Part shown: positions 16,396 to 22,908 of the stretch, piece by piece
Layout: each line of letters opens with the position of its first letter
Numbering within the stretch: the stretch's first letter is position 1
DNA from: an uncultured Subdoligranulum sp.
GTDB lineage: Bacteria > Bacillota > Clostridia > Oscillospirales > Ruminococcaceae
Reading direction: 5' to 3' (one strand)
Length of the DNA: 64,000 bases
NCBI RefSeq assembly: GCF_904374465.1
Contig: NZ_CAJFFY010000002.1
The notes under the pieces: generated by a model
What the model was told of the DNA's origin: nothing
The model's input: the letters and a program-made list of their open reading frames with translations, nothing else
Database searches by the model: none
Translations under genes and position numbers: made by a program

Positions 16396-17415
16396 TTATT
16401 CAAGGCCCAACGCTCGGCGGGCGGCGCGCTCGGCGTTGTCTGTCAACTGCCGTTGCCATGCGTTGTTACGGGGCGACCAGCGGAAACCGTTGGATTTGAG
16501 GGCGGAGCGGGTGGCCTCGTCGGGCTTGCCGTCGAAAATGATTTGCAGACGGTTTTGCTCGGCGTTGCGAACGATCTGAAAGCCGTCATGCTCCTCGGCC
16601 GGCACCGGGGTGGACTGTTGAGCTTGCAGCCTGTCCAGTTCTTCAATGCGGGCCTGTACTCGCTTGATCTTGCCGCGTAGGCTGGCAAGCTCAAAATCAG
16701 GCATGGGGCGCTGCGCAAAGGCCGGGGCGCTGGCAATGGCCGCATCGTTGCGGGCGGCGGCTTCGTCGCTCATGCCGGGAAAGCCGCGGAGGGTCTTGTG
16801 CTTACGATACCAGGCATTCATGGCTTTGCCTTCGTCAAGCTGGTGTTGCAGGCGGTGGAGTTGGTCGCCCAGCATTTCGCGTGCGTAGGGGTCGGTCAGA
16901 TCGACGGGGCCCGTGCCAACGCTCTTGATTTTGTACAGAATGGCCTCGATGTCCTTGTACTCGGCCCACAGGCTGTCCTCGCGGGCGTTTTGCCGGGCCT
17001 TTTTGCGTACTGGGAAATTACCGGCACCGCACACCAAAACGCTGGGGCAGCTCGCCCCGTTGCGGTTGTAGTCGTTTGTCCACTGGGCCAGGCGGCGGGC
17101 GTACCGGTCCAGCAGCGTGTCCAGCTTGTTGTGGTAGTAAGGGCTGGTGGCTGCTTTGCGACGCTCGACCAAAGCAGAAGCCTTGTCAACGGCAGCCCGA
17201 TATTCGGCGGTAGCACTGCCGGCCTCATAATCAGACATCGACATCATATCGTGTGCCCGGCGGGCGGTGTTTTCGTCGATGGGGTAATAGAATCCCCCAG
17301 CCGCTTTTTGGGGCGAAGCCTCGGCGGGCTGCTCGGTTATCGGCTGGGCGACCGGCTTGTTGTCTGCGCCCGGGGCGGCTGCGATGTCATCAAAAAGGCT
17401 CATTTGTTCGCGCAT
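16396..17415 (-). CDS. DUF3560-like protein typical of conjugative elements
   Basis: C-terminal QIIFDGKPDEATRSALKSNGFRWSPRNNAWQRQL pattern; AAGGAGG RBS. Confidence 0.55.
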   Translation of the reverse strand: MREQMSLFDDIAAAPGADNKPVAQPITEQPAEASPQKAAGGFYYPIDENTARRAHDMMSMSDYEAGSATAEYRAAVDKASALVERRKAATSPYYHNKLDTLLDRYARRLAQWTNDYNRNGASCPSVLVCGAGNFPVRKKARQNAREDSLWAEYKDIEAILYKIKSVGTGPVDLTDPYAREMLGDQLHRLQHQLDEGKAMNAWYRKHKTLRGFPGMSDEAAARNDAAIASAPAFAQRPMPDFELASLRGKIKRVQARIEELDRLQAQQSTPVPAEEHDGFQIVRNAEQNRLQIIFDGKPDEATRSALKSNGFRWSPRNNAWQRQLTDNAERAARRALGLE

Positions 17416-17444
17416 GGTGTTTCCTCCTTGCTGTGTGGTGTGGC

Positions 17445-17606
17445 TTACAGGTTGAGAAGCAGACGGGCCTTGTCGTCGTCAACGAAGTTTGACCATCCGG
17501 CCTCGTGAAGCTCCTCGGCGGCCTGGTGGAGCGTAAGCACGCCGGATTTCACATCGTCGCGCAAGCTCTCTAAAATGCCCTTGATTGGGAGCGGGTCTTT
17601 GCACAT
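17445..17606 (-). CDS. Hypothetical small protein (53 aa)
   Basis: Internal start MCKDPLPIKG of track ORF 17445..17771, after AAAGGA. Confidence 0.45.
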   Translation of the reverse strand: MCKDPLPIKGILESLRDDVKSGVLTLHQAAEELHEAGWSNFVDDDKARLLLNL

Positions 17607-17639
17607 GGTATCAGATCCTTTCTGTGTTTTGGGTTGTGG

Positions 17640-17730
17640 CCCATGAGCGCCCCGCCTTGATGGAGCGGGGCCGGCCTTGTGGGCTGGGGTCGGGTCGCTT
17701 TGTTTCCGGCGCGGCCCGCGAAGGTGTCCG
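17640..17730 (-). repeat. Composite intergenic repeat: family-B-like hairpin fused to family A copy 2
   Basis: CCCATGAGCGCCCCGCCTTGATGGAGCGGGGCCGGCCTTGTGG followed by the family A unit. Confidence 0.85.
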
Positions 17731-17748
17731 GCGGATTGTGGTGCAGGG

Positions 17749-17907
17749 TCAAAGCATGGCCCAGTAAACATTCAGGGCCTTTTGTATCCAGTGCAGGGGA
17801 GCCATGCGCTGTTCCAGGTCTTGCGCAATCTTGCGGACATCCTCGGCGGTTTTGGCAGCACCCAGTGCGGCGTCAACGGCAGATTCGTTCTCGTAATAAG
17901 TCACCAT
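17749..17907 (-). CDS. Hypothetical small protein (52 aa)
   Basis: GAAAGGAGAAC RBS; MVTYYENESAVDAALGAAKTAEDVRKIAQDLEQRMAPLHWIQKALNVYWAML. Confidence 0.5.
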   Translation of the reverse strand: MVTYYENESAVDAALGAAKTAEDVRKIAQDLEQRMAPLHWIQKALNVYWAML

Positions 17908-17952
17908 GAAAAGTTCTCCTTTCTAAGCTGCTTTGTTATGTAGATTCGGCCC

Positions 17953-18009
17953 TCCTTGTGGGCTGGGGTCGGGTCGCTTTGTTTCCGGTGCGGCCCGCGA
18001 AGGTGTCCG
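17953..18009 (-). repeat. Intergenic repeat family A, copy 3
   Basis: CCTTGTGGGCTGGGGTCGGG...GAAGGTGTCCG, ending 5 nt from the stop of the upstream gene. Confidence 0.9.
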
Positions 18010-18014
18010 ATATA

Positions 18015-18578
18015 TTATAATTTCCAGTTTTTTGTGGCGGGGAGTTGGTCGCCGTCGGGAAATGCTGCGCCGTGAAATGTGCCGTTATGATCGACACCCT
18101 CCCAGCGGTCGAGATACAAAAGGGCTTTGTCGTTGGCCTCTTGTTCGGTGAGGCGGTAAACACGAGTCAGCTTGAGCCATCCACCGGGCCATGCGTAGGT
18201 TTGACCCTTGCGGGCGGTTTGCTTAGTAAGGGACGGCAATTTGTCAAGCATCCGCTGGCGTGCGGCGCGGTATTCTGCTGTTGCCTTGTTCTGTGCGATG
18301 GCAGCAGAGAGGCGGAAGATCAAGCCAGGGTCGTCTGTGACAAGCCGGAAGGCATGGGAGAAGGTGAGAAAGTTCCCGAAAATGATTGTGCATCCGGCGT
18401 ATTTGGCGGCCGCTTCATCGGATAGCCATTCCGGAGACGGGTTGACGAAATTCCCGTAAAGCTCAAAAACGGGGTCGAGGGTGTAGCATTCCAGATCGTG
18501 CAGAATGTTTTCCTCGGTGTCAGAGATAAAAGACCACGGCGCGGCGGGATTGGTGACGTGATTTAGATATTCTGTCAT
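18015..18578 (-). CDS. Hypothetical protein (187 aa)
   Basis: Start MTEYLNHV after GGAGG; the rest of track ORF 18015..18734 is 5' UTR. Confidence 0.6.
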   Translation of the reverse strand: MTEYLNHVTNPAAPWSFISDTEENILHDLECYTLDPVFELYGNFVNPSPEWLSDEAAAKYAGCTIIFGNFLTFSHAFRLVTDDPGLIFRLSAAIAQNKATAEYRAARQRMLDKLPSLTKQTARKGQTYAWPGGWLKLTRVYRLTEQEANDKALLYLDRWEGVDHNGTFHGAAFPDGDQLPATKNWKL

Positions 18579-18613
18579 GGTGAAAACCTCCGGTTTATGT
18601 TTTGGGGCTGTAA

Positions 18614-18697
18614 CCCTTGAGCGCCCGCCCCGGTGTGGAGCGGCTGGGCTTGCACCAGCGGCGGCGGCTGCCGTCGGCCTTGCGGGCGTTGTTATGC
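18614..18697 (-). repeat. Intergenic repeat family B, copy 2
   Basis: 84 nt, aligns end to end with 19698-19780; includes the last Ala codon and TAA of the upstream gene. Confidence 0.85.
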
Positions 18698-19642
18698 GCA
18701 GCGGATGTAGTAGGCGGAGCGCTTGGCGGACCATTTGCCGCCAGCCTTTTCAATGGCGGCTTTGTTGTGCTCCACGTCACCGGACAGCCAAACGATGGGG
18801 ATGCTTGTCTGGGCGCCCTTGATCGTGGCGGTGATACCAGCCAGCGCGGAAAACTTCTTGGCCAGGTCCTGGGCGGCCGCGGCCGGGGAACTGTTCGACT
18901 TGGCCGAACAGTTGGCGGCGGGCTTGGCCTGCTGCTCGGCAGCTACCCGGGCGGCGTGTTCGTCCTGCAACTGACGGCGAAGCCGGCGCGCGTCCTCTTC
19001 CAGCTGGGCCTGCTCCTGTTGTGCGGCGTTGAGCGCGGCGCGCAGGTTTTTGACTTCCTGGCTCTCAACTACTTCGGGGGCGTCTGAAAACCAGGCGCGG
19101 ACGGCCCGAAGATGGGCGGCGCAGCGGGGAGAATCGGCATTGAAGTTGATCGGAAGCACAAACCCGACAGGGGACTTCTCGAAAATCGCCAGTGCGCCGG
19201 CGGTTTTGTGCGCGGAAATGAAGATACAATCGCTGAAAACGCTTGTGTATTCCTGGTCATAGGATTCCAGACCGTCGCCGTTGGGGTTGTGGTAGAACTC
19301 TACAAGACGGCGGGCACCCTTGTCCTGCAACACCAAGGGGCAAGGCTCCAAAATGCCGCCGTTGGTGTTCTCGCTGACGATGCGGGAAAACAGCGCGGCA
19401 ATGTCCAGCGGCTTGCAGTCTTGTTCATCGCCGTTGCGATAAAAATAATCCGATGGGGCGCGGTGTGTGACGGGGGAGACGTGGTTGTTGTACTGCTCTG
19501 CCGTGAGGATAACGGCCAGATGGTCAGTGGCGGCATAAATAACGCCGCTTTTGACGTTCACGGCCAGCTTCCCGTGTTTGAACGACGCACGGAAAACTTT
19601 CGTGAGGGACGCGGTAAAGGGCTGGGGAATGATTTTTTTCAT
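18692..19642 (-). CDS. Hypothetical protein with coiled-coil and conserved C-terminal module
   Basis: Start MKKIIPQPF after CAGGAGG; C-terminal WLSGDVEHNKAAIEKAGGKWSAKRSAYYIR. Confidence 0.6.
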   Translation of the reverse strand: MKKIIPQPFTASLTKVFRASFKHGKLAVNVKSGVIYAATDHLAVILTAEQYNNHVSPVTHRAPSDYFYRNGDEQDCKPLDIAALFSRIVSENTNGGILEPCPLVLQDKGARRLVEFYHNPNGDGLESYDQEYTSVFSDCIFISAHKTAGALAIFEKSPVGFVLPINFNADSPRCAAHLRAVRAWFSDAPEVVESQEVKNLRAALNAAQQEQAQLEEDARRLRRQLQDEHAARVAAEQQAKPAANCSAKSNSSPAAAAQDLAKKFSALAGITATIKGAQTSIPIVWLSGDVEHNKAAIEKAGGKWSAKRSAYYIRCA

Positions 19643-19670
19643 GTGGGGTGCCTCCTGTTGTGTTGTTGTG

Positions 19671-19690
19671 CCCGGCGGGGTGTTGCCGGG
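19671..19690 (-). repeat. Leader hairpin family C, copy 1
   Basis: CCCGGCGGGGTGTTGCCGGG, just 5' (gene sense) of the RBS of CDS 18692..19642. Confidence 0.8.
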
Positions 19691-19697
19691 ATGGTTA

Positions 19698-19780
19698 CCC
19701 ATGAGCACCCGCCCCGTTGTGGGGCGGCCGGGCTTGCACCGGCGGCGCGTTGTGCGTCGGCCTTGCGGGTGTTGTTATGC
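19698..19780 (-). repeat. Intergenic repeat family B, copy 3
   Basis: 83 nt; contains the CCGCCCC-GTTGT-GGGGCGG hairpin. Confidence 0.85.
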
Positions 19781-20452
19781 CAGGACGTTGGAGGCCAGGG
19801 TGGCAAAATCGAGCTGCTGAGGAACCGCCAGAATCACGCCGGTTTCGGTGGTGTTGTCGTTCAGGTCCTTGTGCGCGGTCTGGGCAATGACAACCGGCGC
19901 GGACTGCTGTGCAGCTGCTGCCCGGCGGGCCTTGCGCTGCGCGGCCAATTGGGCGTTATAGGCCCGGATTTCCTCGGCGGTTTTGACGTGGACGGCCGGC
20001 CGCTCTGCGGGAACCTCTACCTGGTCACGGTGGAACAGGTAGGACAGCTTCTTGTAGTAATGCGGGTCGTTGGGGTGATCGTCAACCAGTTTCTGCTCGG
20101 CGGCTGAAACGGCCTTGACCGCCTTGGCTTCGGCCATTGCCTTGCGCTGGGCAACGCTGGGCTTGTCGGTGAAGCGCCAGAGGGGGACGGCCAGGGCAGC
20201 TTTCTCGCCGCGCTTGACCTGCAGGCCCTGCTGCTTCCACTCGTTGTAGGTGTGGAACATGCCGGCAACACTCATTGCCTCGGCAATCTGCAGGGGGTCA
20301 GCGGTGTTGCCGTTCTTGTCCGGCTTAACCTGGATGTGAGCGGCCATGCTGGCCAGCTGCTCAGCGCTGTGATGGGCGGCCGCCATGGTGTGAATCTGCT
20401 CAGGGGAAAATGCGGTTTTGATGGCTTCCAGAATAATCTCGTTATTGGTCAT
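19775..20452 (-). CDS. ArdC N-terminal-domain-like ssDNA-binding (antirestriction-type) protein
   Basis: FHTYNEWKQQGLQVKRGEKAALAVPLWRF resembles the ArdC-N/DUF1738 signature; CAGGAGG RBS. Confidence 0.6.
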   Translation of the reverse strand: MTNNEIILEAIKTAFSPEQIHTMAAAHHSAEQLASMAAHIQVKPDKNGNTADPLQIAEAMSVAGMFHTYNEWKQQGLQVKRGEKAALAVPLWRFTDKPSVAQRKAMAEAKAVKAVSAAEQKLVDDHPNDPHYYKKLSYLFHRDQVEVPAERPAVHVKTAEEIRAYNAQLAAQRKARRAAAAQQSAPVVIAQTAHKDLNDNTTETGVILAVPQQLDFATLASNVLA

Positions 20453-20488
20453 GATAGTGCCTCCTGTATATTTTTTTATTGCTTGATA

Positions 20489-20508
20489 CCCGGCGGGGTG
20501 ATGCCGGG
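20489..20508 (-). repeat. Leader hairpin family C, copy 2
   Basis: CCCGGCGGGGTGATGCCGGG, in the same position relative to the RBS of CDS 19775..20452. Confidence 0.8.
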
Positions 20509-20657
20509 CGGTGGTGGCGGGCTGCTTTAGGGTGCAGCCTGCGAGAGTGTCCCGGGTGCGGTAGTGTGTCCCGCCGGCCCTTGGCTCTTGGCTGCCAGGT
20601 TAGCCCCGAACCATCGGCCCCGGTTCGGTAGGTGCTTGCGTGTCGCTTGCTGTGCTT

Positions 20658-20775
20658 GCATGGTACCACGCCAAAAGCGCAGATGTCAAGCATGGCACCA
20701 TGTTTTCTACGGATTGCACAAACAGCATGGCGCCACGCCGGGAAAAAGTTGTGCGAACTGCGCATGGAACCACGC
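20658..20775. promoter_or_regulatory. Array of four operator-like near-palindromes, GCATGG-NN-CCAYG
   Basis: Copies at 20658-20671, 20690-20702, 20725-20738 and 20762-20775 (spacing 32, 35, 37 bp), followed by TATAAT at 20781-20786, upstream of the RHH gene. Confidence 0.6.
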
Positions 20776-20814
20776 TGAAATATAATATATAATTTACATA
20801 CAGGGGGTATTATT

Positions 20815-21000
20815 ATGGCAATATCAGAGAAAAAAGCTATATCAGACAAGAGGCATCTGGAAAAACTGGACAAAATCAAAATCCAGCCGTACAAGGCCGA
20901 GGGGCAGCAGATCAGAGAGGCCGCCCAGGCTGCCGGGCAAAGCCTGCAAGGATATATTTTGCAGGCTATCCGGGAGAGGATGAACAGAGAAAAGCAATAA
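20815..21000 (+). CDS. Ribbon-helix-helix (CopG/Arc-like) DNA-binding protein
   Basis: 61 aa, with SLQGYILQAIRERM typical of RHH helix 2; GGGGGT RBS. Confidence 0.55.
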   Translation: MAISEKKAISDKRHLEKLDKIKIQPYKAEGQQIREAAQAAGQSLQGYILQAIRERMNREKQ

Positions 21001-21004
21001 AGCA

Positions 21005-21047
21005 AAAGCCGCGCGGTTCAAAAACCACGCGGCTTTTTATTTTTTTA
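21005..21047 (+). terminator. Rho-independent terminator
   Basis: AAAGCCGCGCGG / CCACGCGGCTTT stem followed by TTATTTTTTT. Confidence 0.8.
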
Positions 21048-21050
21048 TAT

Positions 21051-21278
21051 CACACACCCGCATATACGCACACCCACATACCCGCATACCCGCATACGCA
21101 CATACCCGCATACGCACACACCCGCATACGCACACACCCGCACAGGCCCACACACCCGCACAGGCCCACACACCCGCACAGGCCCACACACCCGCACAGG
21201 CCCACACACCCGCACAGGCCCACACACCCGCACAGGCCCACACACCCACACACAGGCCTACACACCCACACACAGGCC
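21051..21278. repeat. C/A-rich tandem repeat: six perfect 18-mers plus degenerate flanks
   Basis: CACACACCCGCACAGGCC x6 at 21131-21238, two 20-nt variants at 21239-21278, and degenerate CGCATAC(C/G)C units at 21051-21130. All three minus-strand frames are open only because of composition. Confidence 0.95.
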
Positions 21279-21299
21279 CGCGCACTCGCACAAGCCGAG

Positions 21300-21440
21300 G
21301 GCAAAAATATAATAACGCGCGATTCCAACGCACGCGCGCAATTCCAACACGCACGCGCGTGCGATCACGCGCGTGCCAGGCGCACACGCGCGGGCGCGCA
21401 TAGGTACTGTGCGCGTATGCGCGCGCAGTGCGGGTTCGGA
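21300..21440. promoter_or_regulatory. CG-alternating palindrome cluster (candidate cos / terminase recognition region)
   Basis: CACGCGCGTG palindrome at 21352-21361 and 21366-21375. The 9-bp inverted repeat GCGCGCATA (21394-21402) / TATGCGCGC (21416-21424) has a 13-bp spacer. Direct repeat ATTCCAAC..GCACGCGCG x2. Confidence 0.35.
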
Positions 21441-21579
21441 AGCGCAAAAGTTTCGCAGGTATCAACATTTTTTTAGGGCTTCCCCCGCCCGGACCGAAAA
21501 AACAAGGCCGGGGTCAAAAAAGCGAATGATGATAGTTTATGATAGTTTTTTTATGATATATTGATATAAAGAAAGCTGC

Positions 21580-21614
21580 AAAGCCCGAAGGCGAAAACGC
21601 CTGCGGGCTTTTTC
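21580..21614 (+). terminator. Strong intrinsic terminator immediately upstream of the packaging operon
   Basis: AAAGCCCGAAGGCG-AAAA-CGCCTGCGGGCTTT (13 of 14 pairs) followed by TTTC; ends 20 nt before ATG 21634. Confidence 0.75.
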
Positions 21615-21633
21615 TATGCACGGAGGGGGAAAG

Positions 21634-22383
21634 ATGGCGCGGCGGAGTGAAAAAAGAGATGCCGCCAAGGCCAAGTATTGCGCCCGAAGGGCAAATGGGG
21701 AACACGTTGTCCTAAAGGATTTCGCTGCGGAACTGGGCGTAAGCTATGATCTGGTGCGCAAGTGGAAGGCGGAAGATAAATGGGAAGCGGCGGTTCCACG
21801 CAAGAGGGGCGGACAGCCTGGAAATAAAAACAGCCAGGGAAAGAAAAACGCTAAAGGGAATACCGGCGGCGCACCGAAGGGAAATAAAAACGCGGAAAAA
21901 GATGGAGCTTATAGCACCATCTTTTTTGATTTCCTGAGCGAAAGCGAAAAAAAGCTGATTGAAAGCACGCCCAAAGATGGTGTGGAAGTTTTGGAGCATG
22001 AACTGCAGGTACTGAAATTACGAGAGAAAAAAATCCTGGACAAGATTTCCAAATACGAAGAAATGGACAGGGAGAATCAGGACACGTTGCTGCTGACCAG
22101 CCTAATGGATATGCGTGGACCGAAAAAAGAACAGGATGGCGCGGTGCAAAATCTGGGTATGTACACAAAGGAAACCCCGTTTGCCAGAATCTTGAAACTG
22201 CAGGAAGCTCTATACAAAGTACAGGGGAGAATAGCCACCGTAGCCAATGCACTGCGGCAGGCCAAGGAAAACCAGGAACGCATGGACCTGGAAATCAAAA
22301 AACTGGAACTCATGCGGATGCGCGCCCTAGGAGCGGTTGAGGTAGACGACGATGACACTATTCACGAGCAAGAGGATAGCTGA
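21634..22383 (+). CDS. Terminase small-subunit-like HTH protein (YjcR-type)
   Basis: Start MARRSEK after GGAGGGGG. N-terminal HTH (LKDFAAELGVSYDLVRKWK), a Gly/Asn/Lys-rich linker and a coiled-coil C-terminus. Confidence 0.6.
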   Translation: MARRSEKRDAAKAKYCARRANGEHVVLKDFAAELGVSYDLVRKWKAEDKWEAAVPRKRGGQPGNKNSQGKKNAKGNTGGAPKGNKNAEKDGAYSTIFFDFLSESEKKLIESTPKDGVEVLEHELQVLKLREKKILDKISKYEEMDRENQDTLLLTSLMDMRGPKKEQDGAVQNLGMYTKETPFARILKLQEALYKVQGRIATVANALRQAKENQERMDLEIKKLELMRMRALGAVEVDDDDTIHEQEDS

Positions 22384-22825
22384 ATACCTGGATGTTACCG
22401 AACGCCGGGTACGCCAGCTGCGAGATGAAGAAGTCATACGGGAAAACCGGCCGGGACTTTACGAACCCATGGATACCATGAAGCGATACATCCGTTACCT
22501 GCACAGCAACGGAAACGGACTGAACGATGAACGGGCCAAACTGCTGGGAGTCAAGAGGGAGAAGGCAGAAATTGAGCTGGAAGAGATCAAAGGCGGACTG
22601 CATCGGACCGAAGATATTGAGCGGGCGCTGAGCACCATGTTGATGAACTTCCGCACGAGGATAACGGCGATTCCTGCGAAGCTGGCAGGGGACCTTGCGA
22701 AAATGGACAATCAGATGGATGTTTTCGACAGGCTAAAGCAAGAAACGGACGAAGCCTTGGATGAATTGAGCAACTACGATACGGCGTTTGCTGCCGAGGA
22801 GCGTGGCGATGAAACAGAAGAATAA
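22352..22825 (+). CDS. Nu1-like terminase small subunit
   Basis: N-terminal winged HTH (TSKRIAEYLDVTERRVRQLRDEEVI) and acidic C-terminus, directly upstream of the GpA-type large subunit. Confidence 0.65.
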   Translation: MTLFTSKRIAEYLDVTERRVRQLRDEEVIRENRPGLYEPMDTMKRYIRYLHSNGNGLNDERAKLLGVKREKAEIELEEIKGGLHRTEDIERALSTMLMNFRTRITAIPAKLAGDLAKMDNQMDVFDRLKQETDEALDELSNYDTAFAAEERGDETEE

Positions 22826-22908
22826 TTGCCGGGGTTGCGTATGGGGAAAACAGATCAATCAGAAAATTGTTTTGTGCCCGTTCGGAAATTGCGTCCGGGG
22901 AAAAGACA

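Noticed and set aside
15820-20510. Integron-like cassette array, with the intergenic repeats acting as attC sites
   Set aside because: There is no integron integrase and no RYYYAAC/GTTRRRY core sites at the repeat ends. All genes share one orientation, each with its own RBS, as in an ordinary operon.
21131-21278. CRISPR array
   Set aside because: The 18-bp units are directly abutting with no spacers, and there are no cas genes in the window.
21037-21468. Three overlapping minus-strand ORFs (143, 92 and 68 aa) encoding CAGVWA-type hexapeptide repeats
   Set aside because: All three frames are open only because the tandem repeat lacks stop-forming triplets. There is no RBS, and the peptide repeats simply mirror the 18-bp DNA period.
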